Source: Clostridia bacterium (GTDB lineage: Bacteria > Bacillota > Clostridia > Saccharofermentanales > DTU023). From it: a stretch of DNA of 64,000 bases. The notes below the pieces were generated by a model that saw only the letters and a program-made list of their open reading frames with translations, was not told where the DNA came from and did no database searches. Where the stretch lies: the NCBI GenBank assembly GCA_040766025.1, contig JAXGRH010000005.1, positions 6,443 through 70,442 on the forward strand, written 5' to 3'. The translations under genes and the position numbers were made by a program. Positions 1 through 10,126 of this stretch are shown piece after piece. Every line of letters begins with the position of its first letter. Position 1 is the stretch's first letter.

Positions 1-1684
1 GAAAAAAGAAACAACAAAAACAAAAGCCTTACGCGTCATACCGCTGGGCGGCATGCGCGAAATCGGTAAAAACATGACCGTATTTGAATACGGCGACGAA
101 ATTATTATTATTGACTGCGGCATGGCCTTCCCTGACACCCGCATGCCGGGCATCGATATCGTCATCCCCGACTTTACCTATTTGCGGGAAAACCAAGACA
201 AGATCAGAGGCATTATTGTCACCCACGGCCACGAAGATCACATCGGGGCGCTCCCTTGGTTTATCAAGGAGTTTGACGTGCCCATCTACGCGACACCGAT
301 GGCGATGAAATTGATTGAAATCAAGCTTGAAAACTTCAGGCCGAAAGTTCAAAGCAAGAAACTGCAGGTCATCCGCGCCGATGAGACACTTTTCATCGGA
401 GATTTCCAGATTGAATTTGTTCATGTCAACCACTCGATCGCCGATGCCGTATCAGTCGCGCTTCACACGCCCGTGGGCACCATCTACTTCACAGGCGACT
501 TTAAGATTGACTATACGCCGACGACCGTCAAGCCGATCGATCTGGGCAAGATTGCTGAAATTGGCAACAACGGCGTGTTGGCGCTGATCTCGGAGAGCAC
601 CAATGTGGAACGGCCGGGGCACTCCCTGTCCGAACGTGAGGTGGGGAAAGCTTTTAAAGAGATCTTTTCTGAGGCCAAGGGACGGATCATTGTCGCGACC
701 TTCTCCTCCAATGTCTTCCGCCTGCAGCAAGTCATCTCAACGGCTGAGGCATTCGGAAAAAAAGTCCTCATCTTAGGGCGAAGCATGCTCAATGTTTTTG
801 AAGCCGCCGACAGTCTCGGCTACCTCGACTATGAACCTTCGACGATCATCGATGTGCGCTCCATTGACAGTTTGCCCCCCGAAAAGGTAGTCATCCTTGC
901 CACCGGCAGTCAGGGAGAGCCCATGTCAGCGCTTTCAAGGCTTGCTTTTTCTGAGCATCGGAGCACTGAGATCATGGAAGGCGATACGGTTATTTTGTCC
1001 TCCAGCATGGTACCGGGGAACGAAGAGGCCATCTTCCGCGTGATCAACGAACTGTTTATGAAGGGCGCGGATGTCATCTATGAATCGCTGGCCGAGGTAC
1101 ACGCCTCCGGGCATGCCTGCCAAGACGAGCTAAAGCAGATCATCGCGCTCACTCGGCCGAAATATTTTATTCCCTCGCACGGCGAATTTCGCATGCTGTA
1201 TCGCCACGCTGAATTGGCTAGCCAGATGGGAATCGCTCACGATGCCATCATCTTGTTAAAAAATGGGGACATTCTCGAATTTACCGAAGAAGGACAAGCA
1301 GAATTTGCCGGCTATACCGAAGGTGCGGGTATCCTGATTGACGGCTCAGGCATGGGTGACGTCGATGAATACGTCCTTCGTGACCGACTTCAGCTGGCCG
1401 ATGAGGGCGTCGTCTCAGTCATGATCGTCATTGACGCCGAGGCCAATCGCCTGTACAGCGAACCGGTGGTCGAGGCACGCGGATTCATCTATGAAAGCGA
1501 GATGAATCATGTGAAAAGTCTCTGCCAGAAACGTGTCAAAGAAATCGCGGATGAACTGTGGAAAAAGAAAAAGCCGCTGGGCGCCCATATGATGTCGGAC
1601 GATAGCCGCGACAAAATTCAAAAATCTTTGTTTGAGTACACGAGGCGGCGACCCGTGGTCATCGTCTCCGTGGTGGCAATCTAA
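1..1684 (+). CDS. rnj: Ribonuclease J (metallo-beta-lactamase/beta-CASP); 5' end lies outside the window
   Basis: The frame stays open back to base 2 (..KALRVIPLGGMREIGKN..), so the listed ATG at 53 is internal. HGHEDHIG metallo-beta-lactamase motif. Length and C-terminal region are typical of RNase J. Confidence 0.9.
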   Translation, partial: KKETTKTKALRVIPLGGMREIGKNMTVFEYGDEIIIIDCGMAFPDTRMPGIDIVIPDFTYLRENQDKIRGIIVTHGHEDHIGALPWFIKEFDVPIYATPMAMKLIEIKLENFRPKVQSKKLQVIRADETLFIGDFQIEFVHVNHSIADAVSVALHTPVGTIYFTGDFKIDYTPTTVKPIDLGKIAEIGNNGVLALISESTNVERPGHSLSEREVGKAFKEIFSEAKGRIIVATFSSNVFRLQQVISTAEAFGKKVLILGRSMLNVFEAADSLGYLDYEPSTIIDVRSIDSLPPEKVVILATGSQGEPMSALSRLAFSEHRSTEIMEGDTVILSSSMVPGNEEAIFRVINELFMKGADVIYESLAEVHASGHACQDELKQIIALTRPKYFIPSHGEFRMLYRHAELASQMGIAHDAIILLKNGDILEFTEEGQAEFAGYTEGAGILIDGSGMGDVDEYVLRDRLQLADEGVVSVMIVIDAEANRLYSEPVVEARGFIYESEMNHVKSLCQKRVKEIADELWKKKKPLGAHMMSDDSRDKIQKSLFEYTRRRPVVIVSVVAI

Positions 1685-1686
1685 GA

Positions 1687-4035
1687 TCAGTTATGGCCGC
1701 GTGAAACGCTGACGACGCTGTCGATGGCTTTGATGCGGCCGACTAATCGATCGTACTGTTCCTGGTTTTCAACTTCCACCGTGACAAGGAGGTTCGCGCT
1801 GATGTCGCGCGCCGATGACAGGCGCGCGGACTGAACCGACACTTGCTCTTCGGCGATCGCGGCTGAAATTTCCGCTAATAAATTACTGCGGTCGCGCGCG
1901 ATGATGCGTATATTGACAGGATAAGTCCGGTGCGACTCCCTGTCCTCATCGACCCAAAGGACATCGATCAGCCGTGAAGCGCGCTCCGCGTCCTCCGGCG
2001 AGCGGTCAAAGGCATTCAGAATATGGCGGATATTGGCGCAGTCAATACGGTGGATGGCCACCCCCATGCCGCGTGTCACATAGCCGATAATCTGGTCGCC
2101 CGGGACCGGGTTGCAGCAGCGCGACATTTTGACAAGCGCGTTCTCTAGCCCCTTCACCTTGACCGGCACCTCGTTGTGTTTCTTCTTCTTTTTCTTGGCC
2201 GTGCGCGGCGGCTCCTGATCGAGGATGAGCGCTTCACTGACAAGGATATTGGCGGGGTTATGAATCACCTGCCCTGATTTCGTGACCCGGTATCCCAGCT
2301 TCACGCGCTCTTCTTCGGGCAGAGAACTCACATAGGCATCCCGAAGCTTGGGCACCACGCGGCCGGCCGGCAAGCCGCCGTAGCCGACCCCTGCGAACAA
2401 ATCGTCGATGGTGTTAAAAGAGTAGCGCTTTAAGATGGGGGTTAAATATTCTTTTTTCAAAAGATCGGAGGTGTGAAAGCCTGTTTTTTGTATTTCACGC
2501 TCAAGCAGTTCGCGTCCCCGCACAATATTCTCATCCCGGCGCTCACGCTTAAACCATGAGGAAATCTTTGTACGGGCCGTGCTGCTTTTCACCATGGCCA
2601 GCCAGTCTCGCGAAGGGCCTCTCACTTTGTCGGAGGTCAGAATTTCGACGATGTCGCCGTTTTTGAGCTCATAGGACAGCGACACCATACGGCCGTTGAC
2701 TTTCGCGCCGTACATGGTGTTTCCGATGTCACTGTGGATATGGTAGGCAAAGTCGATCGGCACCGCGCCTGAGGGCAAGTCCACCACTTTCCCCATCGGG
2801 GTGAAAACGAACACTTCTTCAGGCAATAAACCTTCTTTTAAGGCATCCATATAATCGTGCGCGTCGCTCATGTCGCTTTGCCATTCTAATAACTGGCGCA
2901 GCCATGACAGGCGCACTTCAAAGGTATCCTGTTTCCGGTCGGTCGCTCCCTCCTTATACCGCCAATGCGCCGCGATCCCGTATTCAGCCGTGCGATGCAT
3001 TTCCTCCGTGCGGATCTGGACCTCAAAAGGGATGCCGCGATGCCCGATGACGGTCGTGTGAAGCGACTGGTAACCGTTGCTTTTCGGCATGGCGATATAA
3101 TCGCGAAAGCGTCCCGGGATAGGTTTATAAAGCTCGTGCACAAGCCCTAAGACGGCGTAGCATTCGCTGACCGTCGGCACAATGATGCGAGTGGCGAACA
3201 GGTCATAGATTTCGTCAAGCTGTTTGACCTGTTTTTTCATCTTGCGGTAGATGCTGTAGAAATGTTTCGGGCGCCCTTCAATCTCGGCGCTGATACCCAT
3301 CTGGGCAATTTTGACGGTCAATTCTTCCGTGATTTCATTTAAATATTCTTCACGATCAGAGCGCCTCTGCGACAGCATTCCGACCAATTCATAGTAGGCG
3401 TCCGGCTCGAGGTAGCGAAGACTTAAATCTTCCAATTCCCATTTGATCCGATGGATACCGAGTCTTGCCGCCAAAGGCGCGTAGATGTCAAGCGTTTCGC
3501 GCGCGGTCGCGATCTGTTTATCGGGTTCTTTAACCTTCATAGTCCGCATGTTGTGAAGTCGGTCCGCCAGCTTAATCAATACCACGCGGATATCTTTGGC
3601 CATGGCCAAAAACATCTTGCGGAAATTTTGAGCCTGCATCTCCTCCTTAGAGGAATAGGAGATACGCGATAACTTTGTCACACCATCCACGAGTTCCGCG
3701 ATATCGTCACCCAGCTGTTCCTTGATATCTTCGAGCGTGACCTCGGTGTCTTCGACCGTATCGTGGACCAGGGCGGCGGCGAGCGTATGCTCATCGACAA
3801 TGCCCAGTTCGAATAAAATTTTCATCGCGGCGACCGGGTGAATGATATAGGGCTCGCCTGTGGCTCTAAATTGTGTTTTATGGGCTTCTTTCGCGATTCG
3901 GTATGCGGCGCCGAGGGAGCCGTCATCCTCACGATGAGCGGCTTTTTTCCAATGGGCAATGAACTCTTCCATCTCACGATCGACCTGGTGGAGAGTGTCC
4001 ATTTGTTCTTCGGTATAAATGACGTCATCCGTCAT
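1687..4035 (-). CDS. relA: Bifunctional (p)ppGpp synthetase/hydrolase, RelA/SpoT family
   Basis: 782 aa. HD hydrolase motif (LVHDTVEDT), RelA/SpoT synthetase core (YQSLHTTV), and TGS and ACT-like C-terminal regions. Confidence 0.95.
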   Translation of the reverse strand: MTDDVIYTEEQMDTLHQVDREMEEFIAHWKKAAHREDDGSLGAAYRIAKEAHKTQFRATGEPYIIHPVAAMKILFELGIVDEHTLAAALVHDTVEDTEVTLEDIKEQLGDDIAELVDGVTKLSRISYSSKEEMQAQNFRKMFLAMAKDIRVVLIKLADRLHNMRTMKVKEPDKQIATARETLDIYAPLAARLGIHRIKWELEDLSLRYLEPDAYYELVGMLSQRRSDREEYLNEITEELTVKIAQMGISAEIEGRPKHFYSIYRKMKKQVKQLDEIYDLFATRIIVPTVSECYAVLGLVHELYKPIPGRFRDYIAMPKSNGYQSLHTTVIGHRGIPFEVQIRTEEMHRTAEYGIAAHWRYKEGATDRKQDTFEVRLSWLRQLLEWQSDMSDAHDYMDALKEGLLPEEVFVFTPMGKVVDLPSGAVPIDFAYHIHSDIGNTMYGAKVNGRMVSLSYELKNGDIVEILTSDKVRGPSRDWLAMVKSSTARTKISSWFKRERRDENIVRGRELLEREIQKTGFHTSDLLKKEYLTPILKRYSFNTIDDLFAGVGYGGLPAGRVVPKLRDAYVSSLPEEERVKLGYRVTKSGQVIHNPANILVSEALILDQEPPRTAKKKKKKHNEVPVKVKGLENALVKMSRCCNPVPGDQIIGYVTRGMGVAIHRIDCANIRHILNAFDRSPEDAERASRLIDVLWVDEDRESHRTYPVNIRIIARDRSNLLAEISAAIAEEQVSVQSARLSSARDISANLLVTVEVENQEQYDRLVGRIKAIDSVVSVSRGHN

Positions 4036-6130
4036 GGTTTGAGAACCCCCAAAGCCTCAAGTGTCCGCCACAGCGGCGATTCTGACAGAACCGGCCGGAG
4101 GCCGTTTCCATCGGTGATTTCCAGCTGAAAACCAAAAGCCGGGTCGCAGAGAAGACTCAAGAGACCCACTTCGTGAAATACAAGAAGGGCAAGGGTCACA
4201 TCGAGTGCGCCTGCTTTCACATTATACCGATGTGAGACAAGCCACGCCAGACGAGCGGGAGAAAATATAAGAGGGCGCCCATCGCCTTTGAACATCTCGA
4301 TCAGCTGCCACAGGGCGGCAAAAACGTTTTGACTCAATTCGGGGCGCGTGCCAACCGGGTATTGTGAGAGATCGCCACCCGCCTTTAAGTAATCATAAAG
4401 AGACGCCGCCTCGCGGTCATTTTTTGTCTCAGCGGCCGGTCGCAGATCGACAAGGCGCAGTTGGACGGTTCTTCGATGATTCCATTCGTTGATCTCAGGG
4501 GCCGCGATCATGTCAACCACATCGCCGATGTCATAAAACGCCGCCTCATCACCGCGCCCGAAGAAAAGCGCGTCGAAGCTTTGCATCGATTCATCCGGTG
4601 ATCGCAGGGTCAATTTGAGATGACGGCCGTTTCCCACACGCGCGATCGACTCAATCGTAAAGTTTTCAAGCCATACGACAAGTCGCTCAAAGCCCTCGCC
4701 GGTGGGTTCCATCGCTTCGAGATTTTCCACGGCCTGAAGCTCAAGCATGAAGGCCTCCGCCTTGATGTCGGCCCAATGCGGGATCACGCGATCCTCAGGA
4801 TCCAGTGTGTCAAAATAAAGGGCCATATGCTCTTCAAAGGCATCCAGGTTATCGGCTTTAAGCGTCAGTCCCGCAGCCCCTGTGTGGCCACCGTATTTTT
4901 CAGGAATTGATCGGCCGTTCGTATAGCCTTGATCAGGTCAATATGGCCAAAAGAGCGCGCAGAGCCTGTGAGCCAGCCGTTGTCTTCATTCAAAGTAATC
5001 GCCGGAACCCGAAGCTTTTCCGCCATGCGGGAGCTGACAATACCCAACACGCCCGGATGCCAGTCTTTGCCGGCGACAATCGCGATACCGGGACTTTCTG
5101 CTTTTGAGGTCACCGATAAAAGCGCCTGAGAGAAAACGTCCTGTTCCACTTCGCGGCGTTTCTGGTTCAAACGGTCAAGCTCTGTGGCAAGGCGGTCTGC
5201 TTCCCTTTTATCGTTGGCTAAAAGTAAGTCCATCGCAAGCCGCACATCGCCCATCCGCCCGGCCGCGTTCAGCCTTGGGGCGACAGAAAAAGCGATGTCG
5301 CGCGCATTGATCTTCTGAGTGTTGGTGCCCGATACGCGGCACACGGCCTTCAAGCCCTCCGGCGCGTCTTCTTGAAAACGTAAAATCCCCTCCCGGGCGA
5401 TAATCCGGTTCGCACCGAGTAACGGCACAACATCGGCAATCGTCCCGACCGACGCCAAGGTCATCAGGGTATCGCGCACAGGAGAAATTTCTCCTCGCTT
5501 TTGGTCAAGCGCCAGAGTCAATAAAAAAGCCACCCCCGCGCCTGACAGGTGTTGGTAAAGATGGCCCTCTCCCTCTAAGGTCGGGTTGATGACGGGCACG
5601 TCTAATAGATCGTGGTGGCCCGTCGCCTGGTGATGGTCCGTGACGATCACCTCAATGCCTTGTTTTTTCAGTTCCGCGACTGCAAGGCCGGACGAGGTAC
5701 CTGTATCCACCGTCACGACAAGATCCGGGTGATGGTATGAAATTTCGTCAACCAGTCCTTCCGACAGCCCATATCCGTCGTCAAAGCGATCAGGAATCAG
5801 CCAATCGGGACGGACACCCAGTTGATCGAAATAGCGGCAGAGGATGGCGGCGGCTGTGAGGCCGTCGGCATCGTAATCGCCGAAAATAAGAAGCCGGGGC
5901 TGCTCTTTTTCCAACACTTGCAAAAGGATGCCGCAGGCCTTGTCCATATCATGCAATAAAAACGGATCGGGCAGATCGTCCGACGTCGAGTCCAGAATGG
6001 CGCGGCGTTTTTCATCCGTATCAAAGCCGCGCGCTGAGAGCACGCGCGTCAAAAGATCACCCTTGGCCGTCCCGTCATCCAGGAGTTGCCATGGCGTTGA
6101 TTGGAGCCAATGTTCGGTCGCTTGTTTCAT
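4032..6130 (-). pseudogene. recJ: Single-stranded-DNA-specific exonuclease RecJ, split into two ORFs by one frameshift
   Basis: The N-terminal ORF has the DHH motifs (GDYDADGLTAAAIL, VTDHH). It stops exactly where the DHHA1 GGH motif should be. Adding one base to the T5 run at 4896-4900 gives ..QFLKKYGGHTGAAGLTLKADNLDAFEEHMALYFD.., which joins ORF 4032..4826. Confidence 0.9.
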
Positions 6131-6150
6131 CCGATCCTTACCCTTGCCTC

Positions 6151-6188
6151 AAAAATAAAAGAGGCCCGTTGTAAGCACAACGAACCTC
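6151..6188 (-). terminator. Rho-independent terminator after rpsU
   Basis: Minus strand reads GAGGTTCGTTGT-GCTT-ACAACGGGCCTC followed by TTTTATTTTT. Confidence 0.5.
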
Positions 6189-6209
6189 CTCGTTTTCGTC
6201 CTTGAAAAA

Positions 6210-6383
6210 TCAGCGCTTGCGCTTTCTGGCGGCTTCCGCTTTCTTCTTGCGTTTGACACTCGGTTTTTCGTAATGCTCACGTTTACGCACTTCAGCCAGC
6301 ACGCCGGAACGGGCGCAGGAACGCTTGAAACGTCTCAGCGCACTGTCCAGGGATTCATTTTCTTTTACACGAATCTCCGTCAA
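6210..6383 (-). CDS. rpsU: 30S ribosomal protein S21
   Basis: 57-aa ORF below the track cutoff: (TTG)[66 protein letters not shown] Shine-Dalgarno upstream. Confidence 0.85.
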   Translation of the reverse strand: MTEIRVKENESLDSALRRFKRSCARSGVLAEVRKREHYEKPSVKRKKKAEAARKRKR

Positions 6384-6517
6384 CCTTATCCCTCCCCTCG
6401 CAGTGGACTTTCTGAAACCCAGACGGATTCACAGTTCGCGAGTAGTATACAATGATTAAAGTGAAAACGTCAAACGAATGTCACTAAGAGTCACGAATAG
6501 GGGGAGGCTTTAGGGCT

Positions 6518-8344
6518 TTGACAAAGGCACATTTCAATAAAAAAGAACAAAAAGGGCGCCGAATAAGGGCGATCGCGCTTGTTTTAATGTTGCTTTTTTC
6601 TTGGTTCTTAGTGCCTGCCACCCCTGTTTTCGCAGATGAGGCCAAGCCGTCAAGCTATGTCAAAAGAGCTGAGGCGGACATCACGGTCAATACAGACGGC
6701 ACCGTCGACATTGTCGAGACCTTTTCCTACCATTTCCAAAAACCCATCGCATCTATCCGCTTCGATCTGTTATTCCCCTTTGAGGGCGAACCCCACCTCT
6801 CATCCATCGAGTTCGCGCAGCAAACAGGTGAAGAAGAGGATATATACATCCAGATACCTGAGCGAAGCGAAACAAAAGCGCAACCCTTTTCTTACACCAC
6901 TCATCGCAAACGTGACCGAGTGACGGTCGATTTGAAAATGACCAAGATCAGCGAAGACTGTGTGTTTCGCCTTTCCTACCAGTGGAACCGCGGCGTCGTC
7001 CATAAGGAGGGCAAGGCCCTGATCGCAGGCCCTCTCCTATCGGTCCGCCCTGAAACACAGGTCGACACCATGCGCTGGACCATCACGTTGCCTAAGACCT
7101 GCCGCATCGAAAACACCAGCATCATCCCTGTTGCCATTCACACAATGACCGAAAACAAGCTCGATGAGCATGTCATTTCTTTTGTCGACAACCGCTCATT
7201 TAAGAAAATTGACGGCATCAGCTTTCTGATCAGCACCTCGACGGCCTGTTTCCCTTTGATCCTGCCGGCCTCTGATCCGTCGACCCTGTCGTCGATTCTC
7301 GCCCGCGCGGGCAAAATGGCCACACGCCTGTCACGCCTGGGTCTTTTGCGCGACCGTATTACACGCATCGTGCTGCCCCTAGTCGCCGCAGGCCTCATTA
7401 TTTATGCCTTCCTTTACCTCATGCAATTGCTATGGGTCAAAAAGATCAAACCCGGTTATGCGTTATGGCCGGCCTTGGCCCGCCCGGCCATGGTCGCGAA
7501 AGTCGCCCGCGTGAATCCCGATCAGTCGCGCGTCTTAATAGGGACACTTTTACAGCTGATTAACCGCAAGGAAATTGAATGGCTCGATGATGTGTTTATC
7601 TGGCGCAATCCGGAGCGAAACGATTTTTCCGATTTCAGCGCCTGGGAAATACTCCTTTTGCAGTGGCTGTTTACCGACGAAGGCGATTACGATCATGTGC
7701 TCGCACCCGAGCGCCTGAGGCAGATGACCTACGGCGATGATTTCAAAGAATTGGCGCTTCGGTTTCAAAAACAAATTGACCAGCACTATAACGACAGCGG
7801 CCTTGTCAAACCGCGCTGGACGACGGTCTTTCGCATCATTTTCATGGTCTTCTCATTTGTGTTTGCGCTGATGGCCGTGGTGCTGTTCTCAATTTCGCGC
7901 TCTTCCACCGCCTTTTTCCTTCTGATCCCCGCGGTCATCTTTGCTTTTGGTAGCCTGTCATTTCGCTTTTTGACGGAATCGGGCGTCAACCGCTATTTAG
8001 AAACCATGCGCTTTTCGAACAAGCTATCGGACCCCAAAGAGATCATCGATTCCTGTGCTCCTCAGTTGAGTGAAATCGAGACCCTGATCAGTATCCTGCC
8101 CGCCGCGGTGGTCCTCGGAAAAACAAAACAATACATGCAAGGCATCCGCGAATTGCCCCGCCGTTCCTTCATGCGCGCGGCTTACGCCATTCTTCATGTA
8201 TACAGGCGCATCCCCATGCCGCCCAAAGAGGAAGATCGCACAGCCGACAACCTCGAGGAAGTCACTCGGCTACATTATGAGCTCGAAGAAATCGAGCGTG
8301 TCATGGCCGCATGGAAAGAGTACTTTGATAACTGCTTTATCTAA
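6518..8344 (+). CDS. DUF2207-like membrane protein (signal peptide, extracellular beta domain, C-terminal TM cluster)
   Basis: 608 aa with a TTG start 9 nt after GGGGGAGG. The N-terminal hydrophobic segment, then ADITVNTDGTVDIVETFSYHF, resembles DUF2207. Several TM helices in the C-terminal half. Confidence 0.6.
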   Translation: MTKAHFNKKEQKGRRIRAIALVLMLLFSWFLVPATPVFADEAKPSSYVKRAEADITVNTDGTVDIVETFSYHFQKPIASIRFDLLFPFEGEPHLSSIEFAQQTGEEEDIYIQIPERSETKAQPFSYTTHRKRDRVTVDLKMTKISEDCVFRLSYQWNRGVVHKEGKALIAGPLLSVRPETQVDTMRWTITLPKTCRIENTSIIPVAIHTMTENKLDEHVISFVDNRSFKKIDGISFLISTSTACFPLILPASDPSTLSSILARAGKMATRLSRLGLLRDRITRIVLPLVAAGLIIYAFLYLMQLLWVKKIKPGYALWPALARPAMVAKVARVNPDQSRVLIGTLLQLINRKEIEWLDDVFIWRNPERNDFSDFSAWEILLLQWLFTDEGDYDHVLAPERLRQMTYGDDFKELALRFQKQIDQHYNDSGLVKPRWTTVFRIIFMVFSFVFALMAVVLFSISRSSTAFFLLIPAVIFAFGSLSFRFLTESGVNRYLETMRFSNKLSDPKEIIDSCAPQLSEIETLISILPAAVVLGKTKQYMQGIRELPRRSFMRAAYAILHVYRRIPMPPKEEDRTADNLEEVTRLHYELEEIERVMAAWKEYFDNCFI

Positions 8345-8853
8345 CAGGGGGTCCTACGGGCGGAGGCGATGCAAAGACAGGCAATCCCCTCCCCTTTCCC
8401 AAAGGCGGTTAAACCTTCCCCTGAGGTCGCTGTAATCGCGACATGACAAACATTAAGTCCCGTCATCTTTGCGATCTTTTCCCTCATCGGATCAATGACT
8501 TCCGCTAAATGCGGGCGCTTTGCCTCAATTGAAAAAGAAAGATGCAACAACTCAATGTCCTTTAACGTGTCAAGGGCGCGCGCCACGTAAGCCCGGCTAT
8601 CCGTGATGCCCGCCTGGCACATATCGTCCGCAACCTTGCCCAAAATCCGCTCACCGGAAAGCCCTGATATCGCGTTTACGAGTGCGTGCAATACGACATC
8701 GGCGTCACTGTTTCCTAAAAGCGGCGGAGCGTCAGGTATCAAAATGCCTCCCAAAAGGAGCGGACGTGACTTGAAAGCGGCGTCCTCTTCTGTCATAAAG
8801 CGGTGACTGTCTTGGCCGATGGCACAAAAATAGATTTCACGCGTCTTTGACAT
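8341..8853 (-). CDS. ispF: IspF-like protein (2-C-methyl-D-erythritol 2,4-cyclodiphosphate synthase family), divergent
   Basis: IGQDSHRF (Asp/His Zn ligands) and GNSDADVVLHAL align to the IspF motifs GxGxDxHxF and GHSDADVxLHA. The start was chosen at MSKTREIYF, after GAAGGAG. Confidence 0.6.
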   Translation of the reverse strand: MSKTREIYFCAIGQDSHRFMTEEDAAFKSRPLLLGGILIPDAPPLLGNSDADVVLHALVNAISGLSGERILGKVADDMCQAGITDSRAYVARALDTLKDIELLHLSFSIEAKRPHLAEVIDPMREKIAKMTGLNVCHVAITATSGEGLTAFGKGEGIACLCIASARRTPC

Positions 8854-8858
8854 CGCTG

Positions 8859-9476
8859 TTACTCCTTCTTCCTCCACGCTTTGATCACATGGTACCCTTT
8901 GGCGCGCGCGACCGTCTCCACTCGCTCAAAAAGAGATGAAAGTTCCTTTTTTGCCGAAGACGCCCCCTGCTTCACGCGGATCACGATATAGAACACACCC
9001 TCTGCCGCAAGATGCTCGCAGACTTCTTTGAATAAACGGTACACCGTGTCTTTTCCCGCGCGGATCGGCGGATTGCAAAGCACAAGATCCAATACAGTAT
9101 CGTCCGGCACTCCGTCCGCCTCTTTAAATTGGACATTGGGGACAGCTAACTGTTTGGCATTTTCTTTTGCAAGGGTCACCGCACGACTGTTAATGTCACT
9201 GCCTGTGACGGTCAATGACGGCCGTAAGCGGGCAAGCACGATGGCCATTACCCCCACGCCTGTGCCAAGATCGAGGACCCGGAGGGAAGTGTCCTTTATT
9301 TCTTTTAAAACACTTTGAAGTAAAAGCGTGGTACCGGGATCAATCTGGCGCTTTGAAAAGACCCCGGAATCCGTTACAAACAAAAAGCGGCTATCTTCAA
9401 ATTGGCCGTGAATGATCGCTCTATCATGTTCAGCGCGGGGGGCGGGGTCGTAATAATGTGAATGTTTCTTCTCCAT
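8859..9476 (-). CDS. Class I SAM-dependent methyltransferase (small MTS domain, RsmC/YbxB-like)
   Basis: VLDLGTGVGVMAI SAM-binding motif and LCNPPIRAG (NPPxxxG) substrate motif. About 200 aa. Confidence 0.8.
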   Translation of the reverse strand: MEKKHSHYYDPAPRAEHDRAIIHGQFEDSRFLFVTDSGVFSKRQIDPGTTLLLQSVLKEIKDTSLRVLDLGTGVGVMAIVLARLRPSLTVTGSDINSRAVTLAKENAKQLAVPNVQFKEADGVPDDTVLDLVLCNPPIRAGKDTVYRLFKEVCEHLAAEGVFYIVIRVKQGASSAKKELSSLFERVETVARAKGYHVIKAWRKKE

Positions 9477-9479
9477 GGA

Positions 9480-10126
9480 TTACGACTCCTCTTTAGGGGC
9501 TCGCTCGCGTTCCCATTCCACAAGGTAGTGGCGCTTCGCCCAGGGTGTCTTGCGCAGCGCGGTAATAAGCGGGAGCCCTGCGACAAAAAGCACCAGCGAC
9601 TGTGAGATGAAGATCGAGGCGATGCTGGCCGCGATAAGTGAGGGCGGCGGATGATCGGGTTGAATGAGGTAAGGGAGGTAACTGCCGACCACCAGCGCAT
9701 TTAAAACGATGGGTGGCAGGAGCGGCAGCATACTACGCCCTATTTTTTAAAGCGCGTGTCTTGTGGTTGTTGGGTGTCACCCATCACCTCTTGGGCCAAT
9801 TGGCGACGCCAGGGCTTGGCAAGACGCCATGTCAAAATGGCGGCCACCAGCGTCACAAGACTCCCCAAAATCACGTCCACCATGCCTAAGGGCGTCGGAT
9901 TTAATAAATTGGCTAAGAGGCAGCCGAGAAATACCCCCGGGATCGCAGAGGGGAACAGCGCCGGCAAGGCCGTCAAGGCCTCTGCCAGGCGCAGTTGGAT
10001 CACCGTAAAACTCATGAATGAGGTCGCGACCGTGAGCACTAAGTAGACCGCGGTAATAATCGCGCCCTGCGTAATTAAAGCAAGCGGCGCGCCTTTAGTG
10101 GACGACGACGGCGAACGCCATTTCAT
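9480..10126 (-). pseudogene. queT: Queuosine-precursor transporter QueT (ECF S-component type), split by one frameshift
   Basis: Both ORFs are polytopic and QueT-like (..AIITAVYLVLTV.., ..PPIVLNALVVGSYL..). One extra base in the T6 run at 9743-9748 fuses them as ..DTRFKKIGRSMLPLLPP... The start is uncertain. MKWRS at 10126 overlaps the ileS 3' end. Confidence 0.6.
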
